Shown in pieces: positions 35,080 through 44,527 of a stretch of 64,000 nucleotides of DNA. The notes below the pieces were generated by a model that did no database searches, had not been told where the DNA came from, and saw only the letters and a program-made list of their open reading frames with translations. This DNA is from Saccharofermentanales bacterium (GTDB lineage Bacteria > Bacillota > Clostridia > Saccharofermentanales > DTU023). How positions within the stretch are numbered: position 1 is the stretch's first letter; each line of letters opens with the position of its first letter. Where the stretch lies: contig JBMNTB010000001.1 of the NCBI GenBank assembly GCA_050945515.1, positions 87,504 to 151,503 of the forward strand, in the 5' to 3' direction. A program made the position numbers and the translations under genes.

Positions 35080-36588
35080 TCAATGCCGGGCATCGTAGTT
35101 GGCGACAAGCTCACGGGCAATGGATACATCGGATTGAACCGGAACGTAGTCATCACCGCGCATCTGACTGCTTTCATCGCCTTTGCCCAGAATCAGGAGC
35201 AGAGTTTTATCCCGGGCGGCATTAAAAGCGGTACGGATAGCTTCTTTGCGGTCCGCAATGATCTCATACTTGCCGTTGACAGATTCGATATAGTGCCCAA
35301 CTTCCCGCGAGATGTCCTCGACGGACTCATAGCGGGGGTCTTCCTCCGTCAGATAGATATAATCAGCCAGCCTGCCTGCGACCAAGCCCAGATCCTGCCT
35401 GCGGCTGATACCCTTGGAGCCGGGGCAGCCGAAGATTGCGACCTGTTTGTAGCCGGGGAAATCATGCCTGGTCGTTTCGAACAGCTTTTCAAATGAGAGT
35501 TTATTGTGTGCGTAATCGACCAAAGCCACGATTTTCCTGTCCGCGGTGGCAAAGACTTCCATCCTGCCGGCGGTGCGGGCAGTGAGCGCTCCGGCTTGCA
35601 TGAACTCAAGCGGGCAGCCCAGCAGATAGGCGATAGAGATCGCAGCCAGCACATTTTCGATATTGAACAATCCCAGCATACCTATCTCGAAAGGGAAAGT
35701 GCCTTCCGGCAGCTTGACATCAAAGCTATAACCCAACCCTTTACTCTGCACATTTGCAGCTACCACATCGGCCAGATCATCACGACAGGAATAATACAGC
35801 AGCTGATTGTCTTGCTGCACTGCCGCAGCGGAGATAGTGTTCAGTTCGGGCAGGTCACGATTTATCACCGCCCGTTTGCTGTGCTCGAAGATGCGCAATT
35901 TGGCAGTGAAATAATCAGCAAAATCATGATGTTCAATGGCGCTGATATGATCTTCCGCAATATTCAGGAAGGCGGCGACATCAAGCTTGATACCATCTAA
36001 ACGATGGTATTTCAAGCCCTGTGATGAAACTTCCATGACCAGATAGCGGATATCACTGCTGCGCGCCTGGTGCAAATGACGGTAGAGCTCCATAGCCTCC
36101 GGTGTGGTCAGATGCGACTCAAAACACTCGACTCCGTCATAAGTATTAATAGTTGAAATGAAGGCGACATCTGGTTGTCCGGCGTCATTTTGCCACAGGT
36201 TAAGCATCTCCCTCAAGAAGTACAAGGTGGTGGACTTACCTTTAGTACCGGTGATGCCAATGATGCTGATATCCTGTTCCGGATGGTTGTAGTAGCGTTG
36301 AGCCAGCAGCGGCATGGCCTCACGAACATCGTGGACTATGATATGAGGTAAATCCGACAGGATGGCGCCTTCGGTAATATAAGCAACAGCACCCTTGGCA
36401 ATAGCTTGTTGCAGATATGCGGGCTTGAAGGCGCTGCCTTTACAGACAAACAGGCTGCCCGGCGTGACTTGCCTGGAGTCGTAGGTCAGACCGGTGATCA
36501 AGGGATTGTCGCCCAACTTGCTTCGGCTGACCAGAGCACCGAGGTCGTGAGCATATTCTGCTAGTTTATATCGTTCGAGTACAGCCAT
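35080..36588 (-). CDS. murE: UDP-N-acetylmuramoyl-L-alanyl-D-glutamate ligase MurE (third-residue amino acid uncertain)
   Basis: ORF 35080..36813. The ATG at 36588 follows GGAGGAG and gives a typical 503-aa MurE (LTYDSRQVTPGSLFVCKG, GITGTKGKSTT, DYAHN). The motif at the DNPR position reads EDPR. Confidence 0.9.
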   Translation of the reverse strand: MAVLERYKLAEYAHDLGALVSRSKLGDNPLITGLTYDSRQVTPGSLFVCKGSAFKPAYLQQAIAKGAVAYITEGAILSDLPHIIVHDVREAMPLLAQRYYNHPEQDISIIGITGTKGKSTTLYFLREMLNLWQNDAGQPDVAFISTINTYDGVECFESHLTTPEAMELYRHLHQARSSDIRYLVMEVSSQGLKYHRLDGIKLDVAAFLNIAEDHISAIEHHDFADYFTAKLRIFEHSKRAVINRDLPELNTISAAAVQQDNQLLYYSCRDDLADVVAANVQSKGLGYSFDVKLPEGTFPFEIGMLGLFNIENVLAAISIAYLLGCPLEFMQAGALTARTAGRMEVFATADRKIVALVDYAHNKLSFEKLFETTRHDFPGYKQVAIFGCPGSKGISRRQDLGLVAGRLADYIYLTEEDPRYESVEDISREVGHYIESVNGKYEIIADRKEAIRTAFNAARDKTLLLILGKGDESSQMRGDDYVPVQSDVSIARELVANYDARH

Positions 36589-36982
36589 TTGTGTCTCCTC
36601 CGACCTGATTAGCCACGGCTGGCGATTTAATTTATCATAGCACGCCGGAGGTAACCGCGCACACCGGCGGCCATTATTTCCCTGAAATATTTTGCCGAAC
36701 CGGAACGGTGGAAAGTGACACTGACAACAAATGACAGACGACAGAACAATTGCAAAGCCGGCAAATGGCACAGCTGCCTCCGTTAACTGGAGTACGGCTG
36801 CTGCTGCCGACAACGCTTTTCTTGAAGAGACATATCCTGTTATGCTAGACTGACACGCGTTAGCTGTCTTTGTGAGGGGAAGCCTGCTATGAATTTATTT
36901 TACAGCCCCTGCTTATGGTATTAGCCATCTTGCGAGGAGTAGGCTGCCTTGGTTTAGACAGGAGAAGTGGAGTGCTAATAAA

Positions 36983-38692
36983 ATGTCGGAAGCGGAAGCG
37001 GATTTAAGACCTAAGAAAGATGATCTTGCTCAAGCAGATGAGGAAGATATCCTCTCGGACACTGAGATGGAAACTCAAAAGACGGAAAAGCAAAGTATGG
37101 AAGCCCGAAAAGCGGAAGACCAAGGGGCGGAAAATCAAAATAGCGGTCAACGAAGCACAGAAGCCGAAACAACAGACCAACCGGAGGATGGGCGGAAGCC
37201 AAAGCGCACGCCCAATCTGAAACGCCGGGCGGTCATTAAGATAATCTTCTTTTTAGCTCTGGCTTGTGTTTTCTTTCTAACCGCCTGGGGCGTTACTACC
37301 TACGACAGCTTGAATCTGAGTGAAATTGTTTTCCATATACATTTGCCGTTCAAGGGAACGGGCGGCGGTCTCATACTCAAGGGCACGCTCTGGACCTTAA
37401 TCCCCGCCATTTTTGTCACAATTTGCTTTGGCTTTCTGATCTGGCCCTGGCCGGAGGATTTTGTTCCTTTTGCTTGGTTCAGAAACCGCAAGTTAAAAAC
37501 TCGTCTAGCCAGAGGTCTAACGCTTTTTCTGATTGTTATCGAGATTTTTCTCGTACAGTATTATCTGGATATAGTCGGTTTTATCCGTGCCGAGTTCACC
37601 TATACCTCCTTTATTGAGGACAATTATGTCGATCCGGATCGAACCCATTTGCAAGCGCCGCCACAAAAGAGGAATCTGGTTTTCATTTTTCTGGAGTCTA
37701 TGGAGTCCACCTATATGTCTAAAGAAGACGGGGGAATGATGAAGATCAGTCGCATAGAGAATCTCACCCAACTGGCTAAAGAAAATGTCAATTTCTCACA
37801 TCATGATCTGCTGGGTGGCTTTAGAAGCAGTAACGGTACCAGTTGGACTGTAGGTGCAGCTTTCGGTGCTGTTACCGGACTGCCGCTCAAACTGCCTATC
37901 AATGTTAACGGCATGTCGAAGGTGGAGGAATTCTTCATTGGCGCTACGGCTCTGGGGGATATTTTAAAAGAGGATGGCTACACGAATGTGATGATGACCG
38001 ATTGTGATTCCGCCTTCGGCGGTCAGGCCATGTTGTACGATCAGCATGGCGATCATCTGATTCTTGATCTCAACTGGGCCAGAAAATCAGGCCGGGTGCC
38101 CAAGGACTATTTTGAGTTCTGGGGCTTTGAGGATTATAGATTATTTGAGTTCGCCCGGGAGGAGTTGGCTAATCTGGCGGCCGCCGGCAGACCGTTTGCT
38201 CTTACCCTATTTACTATGGATACTCATTTTGAGGATGGTCATAAATGTCCGCACTGTCCCAATCAATTTAAAGATCAATATTCGAATGTCATTGCCTGTT
38301 CAGACCGGCTGGTGACGGATTTTGTGCGCTGGATTCAGGAACAGGACTTCTATGAAAATACGACTATTATTCTGGTGGGCGATCATCTGACCATGGATAA
38401 GGATTTTATGAAAGAAGTTCCGCGCGAGGAGAGAGCTGTCTTTAATGTTTTTATCAATGCCGCCGCGACTCCGGTCAGAACTAAAAATCGTGAATTTATG
38501 GCAACAGATCTGTTCCCCACCACTTTGGCGGCCATGGGTTATGAAATTGAAGGCGATCGCTTGGGTCTGGGTACGGATTTGTTCTCCGGCAGGGAAACTC
38601 TGGCTGAAGAGCTGGGTGTTGAGGAGCTGGATCAGCGGTTCAAGGAGCGCTCCGCTTTCTATGAGCATAAATTCCTGTATAATTGGCAATAG
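36983..38692 (+). CDS. Sulfatase-fold membrane transferase (LTA synthase / OpgB phosphoglycerol-transferase family) with an acidic N-terminal extension
   Basis: 569-aa ORF. An ~80-aa charged N-terminus, then TM helices, then an extracellular sulfatase-like domain (VFIFLESMES, SSNGTSWT, FTMDTHF, LVGDH). Confidence 0.6.
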   Translation: MSEAEADLRPKKDDLAQADEEDILSDTEMETQKTEKQSMEARKAEDQGAENQNSGQRSTEAETTDQPEDGRKPKRTPNLKRRAVIKIIFFLALACVFFLTAWGVTTYDSLNLSEIVFHIHLPFKGTGGGLILKGTLWTLIPAIFVTICFGFLIWPWPEDFVPFAWFRNRKLKTRLARGLTLFLIVIEIFLVQYYLDIVGFIRAEFTYTSFIEDNYVDPDRTHLQAPPQKRNLVFIFLESMESTYMSKEDGGMMKISRIENLTQLAKENVNFSHHDLLGGFRSSNGTSWTVGAAFGAVTGLPLKLPINVNGMSKVEEFFIGATALGDILKEDGYTNVMMTDCDSAFGGQAMLYDQHGDHLILDLNWARKSGRVPKDYFEFWGFEDYRLFEFAREELANLAAAGRPFALTLFTMDTHFEDGHKCPHCPNQFKDQYSNVIACSDRLVTDFVRWIQEQDFYENTTIILVGDHLTMDKDFMKEVPREERAVFNVFINAAATPVRTKNREFMATDLFPTTLAAMGYEIEGDRLGLGTDLFSGRETLAEELGVEELDQRFKERSAFYEHKFLYNWQ

Positions 38693-38926
38693 TTTAAACC
38701 AAACAGATTGGATTAAGGTTAACCCTCTAATGTCATAAAATCGTAGAAAAGACTAGGTATTTTACCTGCACTTATTTTAACTATTTACTTCTTGAATAAT
38801 TGTTGGCATAAGGTCTACGATTAAGGCTGCAAGCTGCCGGAAACTGCCAGTTGGAGCCGAAGACTGGCAAGCGGCGGCAATATATTGCATAATAGAGCTT
38901 TGAGTTCACAGAGGACGGGTATTTGC

Positions 38927-41356
38927 ATGAAGAAATATGATTTCAAGAAAATTGAACAGAAGTGGCAGCAGCGCTGGGATGAGAGCGGGGTCTTCGAGGC
39001 GGATCAGCCTGCAGACGGCTATATCCCGGACAAGCCAAAGTATTATTGTCTGGTGGAATTCCCCTATCCCTCCGGTCAGGGACTCCATGTCGGACATCCG
39101 CGCAGTTATACGGCGCTGGACGCTATCGCTCGCAAGAAGCGTCTGGAGGGCTATAATGTGCTGTACCCGATGGGGTGGGACGCTTTCGGCCTGCCGACTG
39201 AAAACTATGCCTTTGCCACGAATATTCATCCTGCTATTGTCACCGAGGACAATATCCGCAGTTTCAAAAAGCAATTAAAAAGTCTTGGTTATTCCTTTAA
39301 TTGGGCCCGGGAAGTCAATACTACCGACCCGGCATATTATCACTGGACGCAGTGGATCTTCCTCCAGCTGTATAAACACGGTCTCGCCTATAAGAAAGAA
39401 ATGAATGTCAACTGGTGCCCGGCCTGTAAGATCGTCTTGGCCAATGAGGAAGTAATTGATGGTGCCTGTGAGCGCTGCGGCGCAGTGACCACTCATATTG
39501 TCAAAAGCCAGTGGATGCTGAGAATTACGGAATATGCCGACCAGCTGTTGGACGGACTCGATCAACTGGACTTTATCGAGCGCGTCAAGCTGCAGCAGCG
39601 CAATTGGATCGGTCGCTCACACGGTATTGATATAAAATTCGCTACCACCTGCGGCGATACCCTGATTGTCTATACGACCCGTCCGGACACATTATGGGGA
39701 GCGACCTATATGGTCTTATCGCCCGAACTTGGTCTGCTGGAAGAATGGATTGAACGGGGTCTGCTGTCCAATGTGGAGGAGATCAGGGCTTATCAGACGG
39801 AAGCAGCGCGCAAATCGGAATTTGAGCGCTCGCAGCTGTCGCATGACAAGACCGGTGTCCGCCTGGAGGGCGTCAATGCCATCAATCCGGTCAATCAAGC
39901 AGAAATTCCGATTTTTATTTCCGACTATGTCCTGGCAAGTTACGGTACAGGAGCCATCATGGCGGTACCCGGACATGACTCCAGGGACTACGAATTTGCC
40001 AAAGCTTTCGATCTGCCGATCGTCGAGGTGGTAGCCGGCGGCGATATTTCCCGGGAGGCTTATCTGAGTATTGATGATGGTGTCCTGGTCAATTCCGGCT
40101 TTATTTCCGGCTTGTCCGTAACCGAAGGTATCGAGCAGATCAAGAACTGGCTGACAGAACACGATCTGGGCTCGCCCAAGACGAATTATAAACTCAGAGA
40201 CTGGGTTTTCTCGCGCCAGCGCTACTGGGGTGAGCCGATCCCGATGGTTCACTGCGAGCAGTGCGGCTGGCAGCCGTTGCCGGAATCGGAGTTGCCTCTG
40301 CTGCTGCCGGAAATTCGTTCTTATGAACTGTCCGAGACAGGTGAATCACCGCTGTCTTTGCTTACCGACTGGGTACAGACTACTTGTCCTGCCTGCGGCG
40401 GTCCTGCTGTCAGAGAGACCGATACCATGCCGCAATGGGCCGGATCGTCATGGTATTTCATCCGCTTTACGGATCCGCATTGCACCACCGGCATTGCCTC
40501 TGAAGCAGCGATGAAGTACTGGCTGCCGGTCGATTGGTACAACGGCGGCATGGAGCATACCACATTGCATCTGCTCTACAGCCGTTTCTGGCATCAATTC
40601 TTATATGATATCGGTGCCGTGCCTACGCCGGAACCGTATCTCAAGCGTACATCGCACGGGATGATCCTGGGCGAGAACGGCGAGAAAATGTCGAAGTCGC
40701 GCGGCAATGTCGTCAACCCCGATGATATAGTCAATGAATATGGTGCCGATACGCTCAGGATGTATGAATTATTTATCGGTGACTTCGAGAAGCCTGCGCC
40801 TTGGAATACCAGTTCCATCCGCGGCGTCAGCCGCTATCTGGAACGCGTCTGGGCTCTGCAGGAGAAGCTGATCCCCGGCACAGCCTACCGCCCGGAAACA
40901 GAGACTTTGCTGCATCAGACTATCCGTAAAGTGACCAAAGATACGGAGACCTTGAAGGCCAACACGGCAATCGCTCAACTCATGACGCTGGTCAATCGCT
41001 TCTACGAATTGGAAAGCGTCAATCATGCTGAGTACAAGACCCTGCTGATTTTGCTCAATATCTTTGCGCCCCATATCACGGAAGAGCTGTGGGAACTGCA
41101 TAACTACGGAGGCAATATTACCGACCAAGAGTGGCCGGTCTGGCAAGAAGAATTGACAATCGAAGCTACTGTTGAGATCGCAATCCAGGTCAACGGCAAG
41201 ATCAGGGCCAGAATTGACCTGCCCCATGATATTTCCCGCGAGGACGCCCTCGCTGCCGCTAAATCAGAAGCGCCTATCAGCAATGAGCTCGCCGGCAAAA
41301 CTCTGATCAAGGAAATTTTTGTCCCGGGCAGCCTGATCAATTTCGTAGTGAAATAA
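38927..41356 (+). CDS. leuS: Leucyl-tRNA synthetase
   Basis: ORF 38885..41356. The ATG at 38927 gives the canonical start MKKYDFKKIEQKWQQRW. HIGH-type motif (PSGQGLHVGH), KMSKS, and CP1 editing domain. Confidence 0.97.
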   Translation: MKKYDFKKIEQKWQQRWDESGVFEADQPADGYIPDKPKYYCLVEFPYPSGQGLHVGHPRSYTALDAIARKKRLEGYNVLYPMGWDAFGLPTENYAFATNIHPAIVTEDNIRSFKKQLKSLGYSFNWAREVNTTDPAYYHWTQWIFLQLYKHGLAYKKEMNVNWCPACKIVLANEEVIDGACERCGAVTTHIVKSQWMLRITEYADQLLDGLDQLDFIERVKLQQRNWIGRSHGIDIKFATTCGDTLIVYTTRPDTLWGATYMVLSPELGLLEEWIERGLLSNVEEIRAYQTEAARKSEFERSQLSHDKTGVRLEGVNAINPVNQAEIPIFISDYVLASYGTGAIMAVPGHDSRDYEFAKAFDLPIVEVVAGGDISREAYLSIDDGVLVNSGFISGLSVTEGIEQIKNWLTEHDLGSPKTNYKLRDWVFSRQRYWGEPIPMVHCEQCGWQPLPESELPLLLPEIRSYELSETGESPLSLLTDWVQTTCPACGGPAVRETDTMPQWAGSSWYFIRFTDPHCTTGIASEAAMKYWLPVDWYNGGMEHTTLHLLYSRFWHQFLYDIGAVPTPEPYLKRTSHGMILGENGEKMSKSRGNVVNPDDIVNEYGADTLRMYELFIGDFEKPAPWNTSSIRGVSRYLERVWALQEKLIPGTAYRPETETLLHQTIRKVTKDTETLKANTAIAQLMTLVNRFYELESVNHAEYKTLLILLNIFAPHITEELWELHNYGGNITDQEWPVWQEELTIEATVEIAIQVNGKIRARIDLPHDISREDALAAAKSEAPISNELAGKTLIKEIFVPGSLINFVVK

Positions 41357-41393
41357 AGATAAGATATGCGCCGGAATTTCTGTGAGGTATTAA

Positions 41394-43463
41394 ATGCAAA
41401 TTGTCAAAGGTAAAGCTTGGTTTAAAGCTCGTCACTATAAGACACTGAACGAGATGCTGCGGGCGAGTTGCTTGCGTTTCCCCGATAATCCCTGCGTCCG
41501 TTACCGTCTGAATCCACAGGATGAGACGATTACGGTTCGCTACCGCCAGATGCAGTCCGACATTCTGGCCCTGCAGTACGCCCTGCGCGGCTTGCAGATT
41601 GAAGACGGCAAGATCGCAGTAATTGGCGAGAACAGCTATTTCTGGATGTTGTCCTATCTGGCCACGGTTTGCGGTGCCGGCATGATCGTACCCTTGGATC
41701 GCATGCTCAAAGGTCCTGAGATAGCTTCTTTAGTCAAGCGCGCCCAGGTCGAGCTGATTTTCTACGATGCTTCTTTCCACGATACCATTGCCGAAATCGC
41801 CGCCGAACAGGAACAATTGCGGACTCTGGTCATGATGCAGCAAGGGCGCGGCCGGGCCCAAGGCCGCCAAGAGATTTTGGACCGGATGACCAGACCCGAT
41901 GCCGCAGGCATTTTGCCGAAGGCGGACAGGGTAGGCCCGGCACCCGATCAGAATTTGACCGGATTCACGAACTATACCTTTGAAGATTTGATCACATATG
42001 GTTATACGGAGATGGCCCGAGCCGCCGGTAGGCAGCAAGCGGTTGGAGCTTTGCTGCAGACGGCAGACGGCACTAATCAGGCGGACCAGATCGCCGCGAC
42101 AGGAGATTTGTCCTGCCTATCTGACGCCTTCGGCGCACAATTGCCGCCTCCGCCCTATGCAGAACCCGATCCCGAGGACAGCAAAGTTCTGATATTTACT
42201 TCGGGCACCACTGATCTGGCGAAAGGAGTTCTGCTCAGTCACCGGGCACTGACGGCTGATCTGGAAGCACTGGGCGGGGTCGTGACTTTTGATGACAATC
42301 TGCGCTCGCTATCGATTTTGCCTTTGCATCATGCTTTTGAGAATACTTGCGGCTTCCTGTGTGTCCTTTATTTTGGCGGCAGCATCCATATCTGTGACGG
42401 CCTGCGCTATATCCAGCAGAACGCCAAAGAATACCAAGTCGATATGATCATTGGAGTGCCGGCGATATTTGACGCTTTTTACAAGCGTATCCAAGCCGCT
42501 CTTAAAAAACAAGGCAAAGAGAGACTGGTTCGCTTCATGATCAAATTATCGCGCGGTTTGCGCAAGATCGGCATTGATCTGCGCCGCGTCTTCTTCAAGC
42601 AGATTCTGGAGGGCTTAGGCGGCAGGCTCTGGATTGGCATTGCCGGCGGGGCAGCTATGGACAAGGATGTCATTATCTTCTTCAACGATATCGGAGTCAG
42701 AGTGATCGAGGGCTATGGTCTGACGGAAACGGCTCCGGTGGCGGCCGGCTGCAATCTACGCGTGCTTAAGCCGGGCACCGTCGGACATCCTTTGACGGGT
42801 ATTGAAATAGCTATTGACAGCGAAGATCCGAAAGAACCCGGTGAAATTATGATCCGCGGTCCCATTCTGATGAACGGCTACCACAATGATCCGGCGGCCA
42901 CAGCGGAGGTAATGGATGAAGACGGCTGGTTCCGCACCGGCGATCTGGGTCTGATCAATCCCAAGGACGATACCCTAACAATCACCGGTCGCCTTAAATC
43001 AATGATTGTACTGGAGTCAGGGAAGAAAGTTTTTCCGGAGGAGATTGAGGCAGCCCTGAAGACACATGCTTTTATCAAGGATACGATGGTCTATGGTCTG
43101 GATGACAATAAGGGCGGAACGATCATCAGTGCCAAAATAGTGCTGGACGAAGATAAGCTGGCAGCCTTACAGGCCACGGGAGACAATCTGACCGTGAGGG
43201 AGAGACTGGACGAAGTTATCCGGAAGATCAACGCTCAGCTGCCGACTTTTAAAACAATCAAGACCTATTTCTATAGCAAAAAGGATATGGCTCAGACAAC
43301 GACCATGAAAGTTAAGCGCAATATAGAAATTGAGCGCATCAAGAATTTTATGGCCAAGCACAAATTGCGCTGGCGCGATCTCAATGGTCTGGATTTCGAT
43401 CAGATCGAATTTATGGATGAGGCGGAGCTGACATCACTGATTAAAGCACAAATTAGTAATTAG
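41394..43463 (+). CDS. AMP-dependent acyl-CoA synthetase/ligase (long-chain-fatty-acid-CoA ligase-like)
   Basis: 689-aa ORF. AMP-binding motif IFTSGTTDLAKGVLLSH, then GYGLTE, and TGDLG...GRLKS. Confidence 0.8.
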   Translation: MQIVKGKAWFKARHYKTLNEMLRASCLRFPDNPCVRYRLNPQDETITVRYRQMQSDILALQYALRGLQIEDGKIAVIGENSYFWMLSYLATVCGAGMIVPLDRMLKGPEIASLVKRAQVELIFYDASFHDTIAEIAAEQEQLRTLVMMQQGRGRAQGRQEILDRMTRPDAAGILPKADRVGPAPDQNLTGFTNYTFEDLITYGYTEMARAAGRQQAVGALLQTADGTNQADQIAATGDLSCLSDAFGAQLPPPPYAEPDPEDSKVLIFTSGTTDLAKGVLLSHRALTADLEALGGVVTFDDNLRSLSILPLHHAFENTCGFLCVLYFGGSIHICDGLRYIQQNAKEYQVDMIIGVPAIFDAFYKRIQAALKKQGKERLVRFMIKLSRGLRKIGIDLRRVFFKQILEGLGGRLWIGIAGGAAMDKDVIIFFNDIGVRVIEGYGLTETAPVAAGCNLRVLKPGTVGHPLTGIEIAIDSEDPKEPGEIMIRGPILMNGYHNDPAATAEVMDEDGWFRTGDLGLINPKDDTLTITGRLKSMIVLESGKKVFPEEIEAALKTHAFIKDTMVYGLDDNKGGTIISAKIVLDEDKLAALQATGDNLTVRERLDEVIRKINAQLPTFKTIKTYFYSKKDMAQTTTMKVKRNIEIERIKNFMAKHKLRWRDLNGLDFDQIEFMDEAELTSLIKAQISN

Positions 43464-43475
43464 CCCTGAATAATT

Positions 43476-44444
43476 ATGAACGATCCGGATGATAAGGCGG
43501 CACACAAGATAGACTATCCTGAAGAAGAGTCTGCGGCGGCTGACAGGCAGAAATTGTCGGCAGGGCGAACCCTGCTGAACAAGTTAAAATTTTTGCAACG
43601 CTTTGGCCCTATTTCATTTCTGGTGGAGTGGATCAGACGGATGGGCGAAAACAGGGTCAGCCTGGTTGGAGCCCAACTGGCTTATTATCTGATGCTGAGC
43701 TTTTTCCCCTTTACCATCTTTTTGCTCAGTATCTTTAGTTACTCCAGATTTGGCAGCGAGGAGATACTGGCCAATCAATTAGCCTTATTGCCGGAGGCTT
43801 CCTCCAATTTTTTGACGCCGATTCTGCTGAACATTGTCAGGACCCGCAGCACAGCTCTCTTATCAACATCATTGTTTCTGGCTCTGTGGTCGAGCTCGAC
43901 CGGCATTAAGAATCTGATCAATGAAATGAGCAGGATTTTCAATCAAGGTCGGAACAAGAGGCCGTTCTGGCGGACCAGATTGGTCGCGGTTGCTGCTACC
44001 GTGCTGATAGTGATCCTTATGATCCTGATTTTAGCCAGTCAGGTTTTCGGCAACGTCATCTACAATTATCTGTCCCGCTATTTTGCCTGGAATGAGATTT
44101 CCCACACCATTTGGGATGCACTGGTTACCTATATCCCGCTGGTTATCTTATCTCTGGGCCTGGCTATGTTGTACCGCTATGGTCCCTATTTCGAGCCGGG
44201 CTGTCGTCTGAGCTTCGGAAAAGCTTGGGTTAGCGGTGGCGTTGCCGCTGTCAGCTGGGTCCTGATTTCATATCTGTTTCGTATCTACGTCAACAATTTT
44301 GCCAATTATGCCAATGTCTACGGTTCTTTGGTCGGCATCATCTTGCTTTTGTTCTGGCTTTACCTTAGTGCCGTGGTGATTATGGCCGGTTCCGTTTTTG
44401 CCTCAGTCTGGCAAGAACGAAGCCGGAGAAAAATGATACAATGA
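43476..44444 (+). CDS. YihY/BrkB (virulence factor BrkB, formerly 'RNase BN') family membrane protein
   Basis: 322-aa ORF with about 6 TM helices. Family-typical ..LVGAQLAYYLMLSFFPF.. and ..YGSLVGIILLLFWLYLSAVVIMAG.. Confidence 0.7.
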   Translation: MNDPDDKAAHKIDYPEEESAAADRQKLSAGRTLLNKLKFLQRFGPISFLVEWIRRMGENRVSLVGAQLAYYLMLSFFPFTIFLLSIFSYSRFGSEEILANQLALLPEASSNFLTPILLNIVRTRSTALLSTSLFLALWSSSTGIKNLINEMSRIFNQGRNKRPFWRTRLVAVAATVLIVILMILILASQVFGNVIYNYLSRYFAWNEISHTIWDALVTYIPLVILSLGLAMLYRYGPYFEPGCRLSFGKAWVSGGVAAVSWVLISYLFRIYVNNFANYANVYGSLVGIILLLFWLYLSAVVIMAGSVFASVWQERSRRKMIQ

Positions 44445-44527
44445 ATAATCGTGGCAGAGGATTTGTCATTCGGGTCATTCCGGACGGCAGGTCTTTATGT
44501 CAGTGAGGGTATTGCGGAGGATTAACG

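Noticed and set aside
36589-36813. 75-codon N-terminal extension of the murE ORF
   Set aside because: The extension is Cys/Phe/Pro-rich and has no RBS. The internal ATG at 36588 has a strong GGAGGAG and yields the canonical MurE N-terminus.
38693-38926. Possible T-box leader upstream of leuS (and 44445..44527 upstream of trpS)
   Set aside because: I looked for the conserved T-box sequence (..GGGTGGTACCGCG..), an AGAGA/GNUGA stem I and a specifier loop, and found none. The trpS spacer (83 nt) is too short. I noted only a 7-bp hairpin (TGCCAGT/ACTGGCA at about 38845-38868).
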